A DNA stretch of 64,000 nucleotides, from NCBI GenBank assembly GCA_964016885.1, contig OZ024740.1, positions 294,314,001-294,378,000 of the forward strand. The letters are read 5' to 3'. The notes beneath the pieces are model-generated. The model was not told where the DNA came from and ran no database searches. It saw only the letters and a program-made list of their open reading frames with translations. The translations under genes were made by a program, and so were the position numbers. Positions 36,099 through 48,510 of the stretch are shown here, one piece after another (the stretch's first letter is position 1; every line of letters starts with the position of its first letter). This DNA is from Eledone cirrhosa (lineage: Eukaryota).

Positions 36099-37437
36099 GT
36101 AAAGGAAACTTCAAGAGAAGCAGGTCCAAGCCCCCCCCCCCCCCCCCCCCCCCATTCCCATCTCCGTTCTGGGAGGAAAAAAGTCCGTTGCAACAGGTCC
36201 AGAAGTAAGATTAATTGCTAGCATATGAAAAAAAAAACAAAAGAAAATGAAATAGTAACTCAAAGTGTGTGTGTGGGGGGGGGGGGGGGGGCGACTCCTT
36301 TCCCCTCTCTCTGTTCCAGGTTAAAAGTCCTTAAGACTATATTAGGAGGTAAGTTTAATTCATAGCGCACAAAAAAAAAACGAAAGAAAAAAAAATTATT
36401 TCTCGATGAATTTGGTGGGGTGTCTTTCTTTAGATTTTCAGTATTTCTTATTGAAGAATGTTTACAACATAAATGTTGTTTTGGATGTGTTTTTCTTTCC
36501 TTTGATGCCTCACACATGCCACACCAAAACACACACATCTACATTCATTTCATGTATATTTACATATGTGAATATATATTAATATGAAGACAGGCTTGAC
36601 CAATAGTGGAGAAGATAGGAATTAGTGGTTTTGGTCATTAGACTACGAGCCATGTATATATGTGGGTGCATGTATGTATATATATGTATGTACATATGCT
36701 CGCATGTATATGCATGTGTGTGTATGTATACATATATATACATGAACGATGAAGTATCAGTGAGTTGAGAGAAAAACTGGGCATAAGAGGAGACTGCTGT
36801 GGTATGGAACACTTCGAAAAGGAAAACCTAGTAAAATGTAGAATGATGTGGGAATGTTGCCTTCATGCAGCTAAACCTCAAAAAGGAGATGACCCAGGAT
36901 TGAGAAAACTGGGGATATTCGGTAATATGGGGAACTAGCCTTCTCATGCAAGTGGAATGAAATGACACGAGGAAGATAGCTAACCACCTACCTACCTCCA
37001 CCCTAAACCAGAAGAAGCAGAAAGGTGGTACAACACTCAGGTCCCACATGCCATCTGCAAGCATACTCCTGAATTCCCTGCTAGCATGCCCTGACTCCTT
37101 CTCTACCTTAAACACAAAGAAACAGAAAGATGGTGCCATGATGAACAGCCCCAGTTAGACTTGTATGGTGGTAGTGCCAGTGTCAAGATAAAATGCTTCC
37201 AGTATATATAAAGTGGTTGATGTTATGAAGGGCAACCAGCAGTAAAAAAAAAGACAAGCTAAAACAAAACACTCAAGTAATACCTAGTCATCTGATCAGT
37301 CTAGCCTCAACATGGAAAATTGATGTTAAACAGTGGGAGAGGAAAGAGAGAGAAAGAGATAACAGTCGATACACAATAACAAAACTAAATACATGTGAAT
37401 GAAACTTCATCGTTTTTATTCATATATATATAGGCAT

Positions 37438-37781
37438 GGAGGCACATGGCTTAGTGGTTAGAGCATTGGCCTTGCAATCGAAAGGTTGTGAGTTCAATTC
37501 TCAGACCGGGTGATGTGTTGTTTCCTTGAGCAAGACACTTTATTTCACATTGCTCCAGTTTGCTCAGCTGTAGAAATGAGATGATAGGGACTGCGGTCCC
37601 TATCGTTCCACTGCAAAGTGGTCGTGGAGGTGCCACGGCAAAAAAGCACCCAGCACTCACTGTAAATGAGGTTGGTGTTAGGAAGGGCATCCAGCTGTAG
37701 AAATCAAGCCAGAATCAGTTCCCATCCCACCCTTGCAAGCAGGGAAAAGTGGATGTAAAATGAAATGATGATGATGATGAT
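37438..37781 (+). mobile_element. Family B SINE
   Basis: Near-identical to 217-553. Confidence 0.88.
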
Positions 37782-38325
37782 ATATATAAATATAATATAA
37801 AACGAAAAATCAGTGATGCATCTGAACTCAATTTATTGTGTGTTACAATTGTTTTGCCGGCGGACAGCTCGAGACACGGTCATTGTGTGGATCTGTCTGA
37901 GTCTGAATCTGCAGGCTCGACGGACACGTCTAATGATTTTGGAGCAAATTCTCTCACTGGGGTGTTACCGTCAAAAACATCCTCTTCGCGCGTCCTGTTA
38001 TTGGCTGCTGTTTTTCTACGTCATCGTAATTCTGACCAACAGGTGTCATCCGACTGACCATCAGCTGTCCCTTTCTGCCACACTTCGATGAATTACTACT
38101 GAGTTGGTAGTTCACACGTCCACGCACGCACTCACACACACATATGCGTGCGCGCACACACACACACACACACAATCACATAGATAACAACCTCTTTACG
38201 CATAGACTCCCGCTATACACACACACTTAAGGAGAAGAACATATAAAAAAAAACTATAGACATATGCATACACAGACGCCTGCCTACATGCCCATATACA
38301 GGCACAGATACAGACTCGCTCACAA

Positions 38326-38368
<43 letters not shown>

Positions 38369-38766
38369 AACAAGCCCTTTTGCTACATTGGGTGCTTGTA
38401 CACACACACACACACACTGGCTCATATACACTCTTACAAATATGCGCATATTCACATACAGGCCCACGCACGCCTACAAAGATATATATATACATATATA
38501 TATATATATCATCATCATCATCATCATCATCTTCGTTTAACGTCCACTTTCCACGCTAGCATGGGGTAGTATATATACACAAATAGGATATATACACAAA
38601 GTTATATAAAGATATGCAATGGGTCATACATAAAATGATGTATCTTGTTATAAGCATGTACATATATAAACAATATAACCATACACATACATATATGTGA
38701 CTCTGGAACTACCATTTTACAGGGTGAACTGGATGTTGTTTGATGTGACACACACAAACACATATA

Positions 38767-38808
<42 letters not shown>

Positions 38809-38892
38809 ATGCTTGAATCAATTGACAATAATGGTTTAAAGATCTACAATACAATTAAGAAATTGTTAATATATAAATCAGAATTTATAGAT

Positions 38893-39348
38893 TACTAGCT
38901 GGCCCATCCGGCTGGGTATACTTGCCCCCACCACTCCACTCCACTGCAAAGATACCACACACCCTCCTGTGTCACATTATCCTTCCGACTTTCTCTCTCT
39001 CTCTGAATAATTAACACTTTAATTGTATCTCTCTCTGTCTAACGGCCTATCTCTCTCTTTTTCCCCTCCCTCTGTAGATGTGTGTGTATAGTTTTCCTAT
39101 CTTTCTCTCTCTCTCTCTCTCTCTCTATTGTGTGTATTGAAGGGAGATACAGAAACTAAAACAGTGTTGTCATATAGAGAGTGAAGAGCGACAGAGAGAG
39201 TAAAGCAGTTAAATTATAGAGAGGGGAATGATCTATTATAGAGAGAGGGAAGAGCGATGGAGAGAGTAAAGCTAAGAAACTATAGGGAGGTGTGTAGGAT
39301 ACATACATAATACATACACATGACACTCAGCTTTATAATATTATAGAT
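38893..39348 (+). mobile_element. Possible non-autonomous Helitron/Helentron-like element
   Basis: Starts tactagctggcc (also at 45806); ends cagctttataatattatagat (similar end at ~187-202); internal CT/GA microsatellites. Confidence 0.45.
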
Positions 39349-39765
39349 ATGTAATCTACCTAATTTGGCTTTGGTTTGAGGAAGTTATTTGTATAACCAT
39401 GATACAATGATTTATTAACTGTCATATTACAAAATCAATATTTTTCTTGAGAAAGGTATAATGGGTACACCAGCGCATCACCCTTATCAATCCACTGGGG
39501 AAACGCCTTCTCCATTCTGCCCACCGGGGCTGTGGGAAAGCCAGCACGTGGGATCCCATTTGCTCACCATACAGAGAGATGGGGAACGCGAGAGTGATGG
39601 AGGCGATGACAGTGGGAGTTCGACTCTTCCACATTCGGACCATATCCTTGTTGATATAGAATTTGTTTCTAGCTTACAATTCCTCCACTCACGCCCCCCC
39701 CCCCACACACACACACTGTTGTCTGTTTAATGTTTCTTCTTTCTTGTACTTTTAATCTTACAATC

Positions 39766-39955
39766 GGTGAATTGGCAGTATCGGTAGAGGGTCGGACGCC
39801 ATGCTTTGACGCATAGAGTTACGGCCCTTGCCATTCTGAGTTCAAATCCCGCCGAGGTTAACTTTGCCTTTCATCCTTACGGGGTCGATAAAATAAAGCA
39901 CCAGTAATACACTGGGTAATTGCTGGCCTTGTGCCAAAAGTAGAAACAATTATTT
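39766..39955 (+). mobile_element. Family A SINE (well preserved)
   Basis: TGGCAGTATCGG A-box-like, GAGTTCAAATCCC B box, tail agaaacaattatt. Confidence 0.88.
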
Positions 39956-40071
39956 CTATGTATTTCTTTGTATAACTAAATGAGGTTGGGTGTTTAGTCA
40001 AGCATGAATATCTATTGAGTTCTTCTGGTCATGTATCAGTGTTAGAAATAATTATTACAAGAACATTAATA

Positions 40072-40131
<60 letters not shown>

Positions 40132-40135
40132 TATA

Positions 40136-40166
<31 letters not shown>

Positions 40167-40304
40167 AATATAATCTGGGTTTTTCGAATATTAAAAATAA
40201 CATCCGATTCGTTTGCAATTATGCAAACAAGCCTCAATTTTATAGCCATGTCAGTAGAATAAACACTTCATTATTGCTCTTGAGTTTGCATGCGAACAGA
40301 ACTG

Positions 40305-40345
40305 CAGACACTAATGTTTCTGGGTATCACCCTTCATCAGTACAC
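40305..40345 (-). ncRNA. Hammerhead-like motif (Penelope remnant)
   Basis: CTGATGA-A-GGGT-gat-ACCC-A-GAAAC-atta; (TA)n ~130 bp downstream on the minus strand. Confidence 0.55.
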
Positions 40346-41149
40346 CTCACTGTTCACCTGCCAAACTGTCAGATCTGACTGATCAGTCAGTCCGCTAATA
40401 TGCAAATCAGGCCGATCAGTCACTGTGTATTTTTGCAAAGTGGTAGTGTAGGCGCCACGGAAAAAAAGCACCCAGCACTCCCTGTAATTGAGATTGGTGT
40501 TAGGAAGGGCATCCAGCTGTAGAAATCAAGCCAGAATCAGTTCCTGTATGAGCAAGACAAGGTCAGCCGACCGGACACTGCCCACAACAGGACAACCCGT
40601 CTAATCCATGGTAGCATGGAAGAACGGACGTAAAATGGTGATATATATATATACACATATACATATTTCACAAGTCAGCTTACTGTGTTCTGTTGCTTCC
40701 TGTACTGGACACCCAAACATGCACCACCAGAGGGAACAGAAACTTTTTTTCTAAATAAATCTACCCCCATGGCCTAAATGTTTTGTTCCTCTTCCTTTAA
40801 TCTGTTCTTCCCACTGTATCCAGTAACCTCCCTCATCCATGTGCACACCAACACTGATACAACATTGCTGCACCACACAAAAATATTCACACATAGATAC
40901 AAAACACTTTAACACACTTATTAATATACAAATACATAGAAACACACACACACACATCAGCACATATACACATACACCTCTCACTTAGCATTGTATAGCA
41001 TAGTTGCTATGACAATTAACTGCTTTTTTATTTTAACTTCAGCTAGACTACCTTGAAGTTGAGTTTAGTTATGGGGGGGGGGGGGGGGGACGAACAGATA
41101 CAAAAAGAACAATACTTATTTGTCACTAATAATTTCTTTTATATTTGAT

Positions 41150-41675
41150 GCATACACTGATAAACGATGTTAATGCACCCAGGCAGACTTAGACACCATC
41201 ACAAACTATGTATAAACCTTCCCACCTATATATACCATGGTACACACAAAAAATTACAAACATCATACTCACACTTACATGTCCCCCTATTTTTTTATTT
41301 TCTTATCTATCTCCTACTGTACTCCCTTGAAGAAGGACTAAAGTCTGATACATTGAACTTCTTTTCTTTCTTTCATCCAAAGTGTGAACCTAATAACTCT
41401 AATTGATTTTATATCTGCATTTGTCATTATATATATATAAGATGGCTGACTGAATATACACGTGTTATTTTTCTCCCCAAATGTTTTTTTTTTTCATTTT
41501 CACCATTCCTTACTTTCTATTTATCTTCTATTTCTAACTCTATCTTCTGATAAAGGACTAGTGTCCAAAACGTTAAGACTCCCTTCCTACTATTTCAAGC
41601 ATTAAACTTATATATTTTTCCATGTACTGCGCCGTTTGTTTTGTTATTTTTGTTATTGCTGTTTACCTTTTACAT
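41150..41675 (+). mobile_element. Two Penelope-like 3' remnants with degenerate hammerhead cores
   Basis: tTGAAGA-A-GGAC-taaa-GTCT-GAtAC (41327-51) and TCTT-CTGATaA-A-GGAC-tagt-GTCC-aAAA-CGTT-AAGA (41543-78), each followed by a T-rich tail and (TA)n. Confidence 0.55.
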
Positions 41676-41685
41676 ATATATATAT

Positions 41686-44447
41686 TAGGGTGTTCCAGAA
41701 TCCCACATTTTACACAAAAGTGTTTTTTTTCTTAGCTCCCTATGCATTTTCTCATGCCATTTTGTATATTATCAATTTATAATGTAATTTTGATTATTTC
41801 AGACTAATTTAAGCCTTGCCTAATAGTTGCAAATTGGCAGAATAATGGCGGAAACCAGTGGGCCTAGTTGTAGCTACTCGCTCCGTTGTGATGATCGAGA
41901 AATATGGCTCCTGGGGCAATATGTTACATCCTTTTCACCAAACAAAATACCAACAAAGGGGGATGTTTATTCTACCTGAAAGATGGTCCTATGAAACACG
42001 AAAAGCATGTGAGCTTCAATGGTGCTATTGCGGATAGACTTGTGATGGAAATAGTTAGTCAGTGGGAAAAAGCTGGTGTGGCGACTCAACAAAAAGACAA
42101 AGTGAAACTGAAAATTATGAACATGTACAGTGAATACAGAAATTTGCAAAAAAACAAAGGTTCTAAGTCAAACAAAGAAAAGGAAGCACTATTTATTTCT
42201 GAATTGGATTCGTATTTCTACATTGCACATACTGATGTTGAAAAGAAAATTTTGAAAGACCGTCTTCGTAATAATGAACAGAAAATGGAAGATGCTACAT
42301 TTCTCGAAGCCCTGCGTTGCCAGAAAAATGTATCTCTGGGTGCTGAAGACAAGGGTTACTAGAGAAAAAGGTATCTTCAAAGTTTAAGCGTGATCAGGTT
42401 TCTGTGACTCGTCGAGAGTCAGAGAACCATAGAAAGCGTTTGTCAGGATCTGTAGCAGCACAACTTCCACGTAATGAACTGAGTGATTCAAGTTCAACCA
42501 ATGATGAAACTGAAGATGAACAGGATCCTGAATTTCAGACCTCAAACCCACCCAGAGACAGCTCAAAGTCAGACAAGAAACGAAAGATCCAGCTGGAACT
42601 CCCAAAGAATCCATTTCAAAGTCCAAAGATTTCTCTAATGGCTGATTGTTTAAATCTGACACTGGGCCAGAGAACAGCATTTATGGCATCGATTATTTCT
42701 GAGGGTGGGACTGACATAGACGCCACAACTCTCTCCAAGAATAGTAGCAGACGTGCAGCTAAGAAGATCAGAACTGTGGGGGCTAAACACATAAAGGAAC
42801 AATTTGCTGTACCAAACTTTGTTACCTTGGATTGGGATGGCAAAATAATTCATGGTGACCACGAGAGGCTAGGTGTGCTAGTTGCTGGAACTCCGGACTT
42901 CAGAGAAGGTAAACTCCTCGGTGTTCCCATAATTCCTGATGGCACTGGAACCACCAAAGCCAAAGCATCATTTGATCTTGTTAAAGATTGGAATGTTGAT
43001 GGGTCTGTGGTGGGCTTGGTCTTCGACACAACTGCTTCGAATTCTGGATGGAAAAATGGTGCCTGCGTGAAAGTAGAAGAGATGCTCAACAAAAAGGTGT
43101 TTTATTTTGCTTGTCGGCACCATGTCATGGAGCATATCTTGTGTGCAGTGTGGCAACAACTATTCGGAGCAATGTCCAGTCCAGACACCCCAGAGTTCAA
43201 GGAGTTTAAAAAAGATTGGGTGTCACTCACGGACAAGACCAACTTTAAAACATTGAACATTATTGACCAGAGACTCAAGTGTCTGCGTTCTGAGAACATC
43301 AAGTTCCTCCAAGATTTGCTGACATCCGATGATGGGAAAATGAGTTCTCTTCCACGGGACGACTACCGAGAATGTGTCGAGTTGATGTTGATCTTGCTTG
43401 GTGTCACCCCTCCTTGTGGAATTCATTGGATGCTGCCTGGTGCACATCATAACGCTTGGTGGATGTCCACAATCATATAGTGCAAAGATGTATGCATTTG
43501 ATCAAGCTAAAATGGAAAAGTTGCGCCAGATCTGTATGTTCAATGCTCTGTTCTATTTGCGATACTGGCTGACAGCAGTCAAGTGTGCTGATGCACCATC
43601 CAATGACCTTCAATTCTACGTGGAGGTGACACAGTACGGTAAGGTTGACAGAGATCTCTCGCAGGCAGCCACTACTGCTCTGCGCAGGCATCTTTGGTAC
43701 CTGACGGAGGAAGCCATTCCGCTAGCGCTGTTTTCAAGTCGGGTCCAAGAGTCTGAGAAGAAACAAATAGCCCAACATCTTGTCAAAACGAAAACGTCTG
43801 GACCTCTTGACCGTGGAGCTCCAGTATTTCCCGAGTTGAAGTCGTCCACGAAACTGCCTCATCTAGTTGGGAAGAAATCAAGGCTTCTGTTCGATCTCCT
43901 TGGTCTCAACAATACTTGGCTTGAGCTGTCACCTGCAACTTGGTCATCACATGCATCATATCAAAATGCCTGTGCTGTTGTTCACAATATCAAGGTAGTC
44001 AACGATCTGGTGGTGAGAGCAGTCAAGTTGATAACTGATTTTGTTACCATCACCAAGAATGAGGAGGAGAAGCAGTGTATTCTTCAAGTAGTCGAAGCTC
44101 ATCGTCGCAAGGTCCTGGATTTCAAAAAAGAAACTCTGAAAAAATATGACTGGAGTTAACTTAACTGAACTTGTTTCTTCCTTGGACACCTTTATATTCA
44201 ATGCTGGTTTACTAAATATAATGGATTAATAAAATAAACAATTATTGTATGGTCATATTTGGTCTCACATTTTCATGATTTCATGCAACATAATCACACT
44301 TTCCACTATAATCACCATGATATAGGCAAAGCTCAAAATAATTTATTTTATACAAAATATGTTTTAATTTACCAATTGGGGCATTTATAATGGGAAAATA
44401 CACAGGGAGCATTAGTATTGTGACCTTGTGTTTTATGGCACACTCTA
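41686..44447 (+). mobile_element. hAT-superfamily (hATm-like) DNA transposon, full length, transposase pseudogene
   Basis: TIRs TAGGGTGTTCCAGAA / ttatggcacactcta; 8-bp flanks atatatat / atacatat; ORFs 41904-44159 with LDWDGK, FDTTASNSG, CRHH, RDDYRE, RHLWYL, VVNDLVVRAVKL. Confidence 0.85.
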
Positions 44448-45365
44448 ATACATATATAGGTCAAGATGACACAAGAGGATGGGTGATCCAACAGCTAAAG
44501 CATAAAAGTAAAAAAGAGTAAGCAAAATTGTCATGTCCTTGACACAACTGGAGAATACTCCCAGCCTTTTGTTTTGGCAAGCTTTCTACAGCTGGATGCC
44601 CCTCCTAACACCAACCACGCCACAGTGTGTACAGGGTGCTCTTATTGTGTAAATCACCAGCACTCGGAAGGTTGTCATGTCTTTGACATGACTAAAGGGT
44701 CCTCCCAATGTTTTTTTTAGCAGGTTTTCTACAGCTAGATGCTACTCCTAGCACCAACCACTTTACAGCATGTGCTTTTATTGTGTATATCAGGTTGTTT
44801 TGTCACTGAAGGGTCCTCCCAACCCTTTTAGGTATTGTTTCTACAGTGGGATGCCCTTCCTGTTGTCAATCATCTTGCGCGATGTACCAGGTACATTTTT
44901 GTAGCACTGTTACTGGAGAGGTTGTTGGCATTAGCCCCAACTGAAGAGCCCTCAGTTTTGGGGAGGGGAGTGATGGGGGAGGGAGTAAGATATGAAGTTA
45001 TATACATATAAGGTTTATTTGGACACATATACAATATGTTTATGAATAATAAACTTACATATACCGTTGCTGTGAGTATTTTAAACTATCGTCATATCAC
45101 AGCTACCTCAATAGCAATGTAAGAGCAGTGTAAACATATAGTTCAGAATTTATTATTCTAATGAATTATTCATCATCAATAGGTTGCTTACTTACACCAA
45201 GATACTGAGGGATAAAAAAACTTGGAAAGTTTTATAGATTTTTATTATTATTTTTATCAAAAGCTTATTTCCATATTGTGCATGGCTGACTGAGCCGTGT
45301 TAATAAGCAAGAGCTCTAGCACAGCAGGATTATATACATACATATATATATACACACACATACAT

Positions 45366-45404
<39 letters not shown>

Positions 45405-45430
45405 ACACATATATATACATATATATATAT

Positions 45431-45592
45431 GCGGCGAATTGGCAGTGTCGTTAAGATGTCAGATAGAATGCTTTACAGTATTCGTCCCACTTCATTGCAC
45501 GCTATGAGTTCAAATCCTGCCATGGTCAACTTTGCCTTTCATCCTTTCGAGGTCGATAAAAAAAAGTACTAGTCCAGTACTGGGGTCGATTC
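45431..45592 (+). mobile_element. Family A-related SINE
   Basis: gcgaattggcag...gagttcaaatcc...tttgcctttcatcc...ggggtcgat. Confidence 0.75.
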
Positions 45593-46624
45593 TCCCTCTA
45601 TAGGAAAAATCGGCTGTGTTCAGAACTAGTGAGCGTTAGGCTCCACCTATACAGTAAACTATATTATAAGAGAGAGGGACCAGCAAGCGACTGAATTTCA
45701 ATGATGCTATATCGGCTCTCAGCCTTGAAAACTGGCCTGTTGAAATAAATACTGTAACATTTTTATTAATAATTTAGCGTTAAAAAGCGTGAAAATATAT
45801 ATATACTAGCTGGCCTGTCCGGCGCCCGGCTAGGTTTCCCGGAATTTTATCTTTGCAGGAATCCCCCCTACACTCTAGTGCAAAGATACTGCACGCCCTC
45901 TCAAGTCAGCGGGGAGGGGGGGGGTGGGGGTAACGTGATCTGATGTTGGGTTTGAATAGTTTTTAGGATTCCCCAGTTCAGCAGCCAGTATGATAAAGAA
46001 AATTGATAGTTACAACAATAAAGGCTGAACAAATATTTTAACAAACAATAATTTGTACAAGCATAATGGAAATTCCAAGAAACAGAAAATATTTAAATTA
46101 CATTGTTAGAGCCTCAGAGTTTACAATGTTTTTTGTTCGGCCCTCTGGAGCAAAGATGAAGAGATTGGGCGAGATCGCAGTTGTGCAGCATAATAGCAAA
46201 AAGTTTTCACAGCTGAGAAGGGACTGGGCTTGGTCTGCATGACCTTCCTAATGCTAACCACTTTACAGCATGTACTGGGAACATTTTACCTTGACTCCAG
46301 CACCACCCCATGACAGAGAGTACAGGGTATGTTTTGTTGTAGCACCAGCACTACCCCATTTGTCAATGAACCAGCATTACCTCTTTACAGAGTGGGCTAG
46401 GTGTGTTTTATCACGACACCAGACTACCTGGGTGAAGAAGTGCAAGGAAATTCCAGTGGAAGGAATCCACAGTAGAGGTGGTGAAAGCTGATCTCATATC
46501 ACCTGAGATTCACAGAAAAGATGACGAAGGTACACAGCGAGTATAGTGATGCTGTGATTTAAAGGATCAGTCCAACCCATGCAAGCATGGAAAAACAGAT
46601 GTAAAATTGATGATGATAATGATG

Positions 46625-47005
46625 GTGTCATTTAGGTACACTTATTTCACTAGCTATCTCTTTCAGATCTTTCACTGAGACCAAACTCCAGTTCCTCAGC
46701 CTATATTGATTCCATTTTGTAATAGTTGTGGTCATTTCAACCTACTGACAACTGATAACTCCAAAATAATTTCACACAGACCCTCTTCTACAAACCCCAT
46801 CTTCTCTTTCTCTATGTTGGTCCTCCAACAGTTAGCTCCCTTCAGTTTTCCAAGACTATTTTTGTCTTTTTTTTTCTATTAATTACCTCCCTTGCTTATA
46901 TTTTATAATCTTCTACATCTCCATGTACACTTTTTACTCTTTTTTTTATAGGCTGATGAACAGGAGTCTGGTTTCAGTAAAAGATTTGAAACAGATAGTG
47001 TAATG
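46625..47005 (+). mobile_element. Degraded Penelope-like 3' end
   Basis: HLGTL-like GIY-YIG C-terminus at ~46630; CTGATGA (46953)...GAAAC (46988) directly before (TA)n. Confidence 0.4.
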
Positions 47006-47008
47006 TGT

Positions 47009-47053
<45 letters not shown>

Positions 47054-47686
47054 TCATTTAACGTCAAATTTTCCATGTTAGCAGACGAGTTGATCGTTGT
47101 GAGACAAGTCAGATCTGATCATGTCATGCTCATACAAAAGTGTTTCTGCCTTAGTTTCTGTGGCTGGATGCCCTTCCTAATGCTAGCCACATTTACAGTG
47201 TGGACTGGGTACTTTTTCATTGTGGCACATAAGCAACCACTTATAAGAGAGAGGGACCAGCAAACAACTGAGAAAACTTTGTCATGTCACCAAAATGACC
47301 ACTTTACAGTGTGGGCTGGGTGGTTTTTGTCAAGTTACCAAGATATATATTATACGTATATTCACTAGTGCAAATATGCTTAACACATTGAATTGATTGT
47401 TTGATAGCAATGTCCTCCTGGAACACACATTTTACATAGTGTATGGTAAATGTATATCTGTCTGAATGGTGGTTCCTGTTATGTTGAAGTAAATGTGAAA
47501 GTAACTAATGGAATACCTTCTGCCACAGTTTGTTGTATGTATATACATTCCTAATTGATTAGGATTTATTTATTAGGTTATAAGTCCTGATATTAGATCT
47601 AAATTTGACACCCTTATCATGAGTTGAAATTAATAGTGTATGGGGGATGAGTGGTAGTAGATGCTGTTTATTACAACAGAAATTGA

Positions 47687-47738
47687 ACAATCTACTGTGA
47701 AACACACCATTGACAGGCTGTGTTTCACAGTAGATTGT
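47687..47738. other. Perfect 20-bp stem hairpin with 12-nt loop
   Basis: acaatctactgtgaaacaca-ccattgacaggc-tgtgtttcacagtagattgt. Confidence 0.85.
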
Positions 47739-48210
47739 AATTTAAGAGAGATTTGGTTGCTATGTCTACTATGTATAGCTCCAATGTAGAAGTCCTCTTC
47801 ACAGGCTCATACATATATATATATCATCATCATTTAACGTCTATCTTCCATGTTAGAATGGATTAGACAGGTTTGTCCCATTTAGAGGCAAGTTGGATCG
47901 GGTGACTATGTCTCGCTCATATAGGACTGTTTCTGGCTGGTTTTCTATGGCTAGATGCTCTTCCTAACGTCAACCACAGTTACAGTGTGCTGGGTGCTTT
48001 TTGCCGTGTCTTTTACACAACCACTTTATAGTGTGGGTTGGATGTTTTGTGGTACCAATATAACATATATATATATATACACATATATATCACAATAATG
48101 ATATATGTATATATTTGAATATAAGTATGTACACGTACATACATATATGTATACAGACGTACAGTAGTATGTATATATATATATATACATACATGCACAC
48201 ATATATATAT

Positions 48211-48510
48211 GTACGTCTGGATTCACCGAACATTTATTATAATGCTCGGTGTGTTTGTAAACAAACATCCCGTATTAAGCCGTAGTGTCTAGCAACCATC
48301 GTTGCTCGTTTGTTCAACACTGACAAAGGAACGCTGTACTAGTTTCAAGCTTATTAGCTATCGTCAGCAGCGTATACCTTCCTGCTAGATTGTTGAACGT
48401 ATATGCATATTAACAGCTGAGTAGCCCAATTTGCATATCGAGTGAGTTAATCGGCCGGGTGCACCGAAAACGATAAACGGAAAAAATGAAACGAAATTTC
48501 ATTTCCATTT
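48211..48510 (-). mobile_element. ~300-bp CpG-rich structured element in (TA)n carrying a hammerhead (retrozyme-like or non-autonomous Penelope-like)
   Basis: (TA)n on both flanks; no coding signal; hammerhead plus terminal hairpin 48224-48251. Confidence 0.6.
48326..48380 (-). ncRNA. Type I minimal hammerhead ribozyme, apparently intact
   Basis: AAGG-uau-ACGCUG-CUGACGA-U-AGCU-aaua-AGCU-U-GAAA-CUAG-UA^-CAGCGU-u-CCUU: full core, 6-bp stem I, 4-bp stem II, palindromic CUAG helix III, GUA cleavage triplet. Confidence 0.85.

Noticed and set aside
40375-40407. 16-bp palindrome plus octamer ATGCAAAT near hammerhead elements (octamer also at 702 and 48429)
   Set aside because: The octamer also occurs at unrelated sites (~19604, ~60324, ~63543); several chance hits are expected in AT-rich 64 kb
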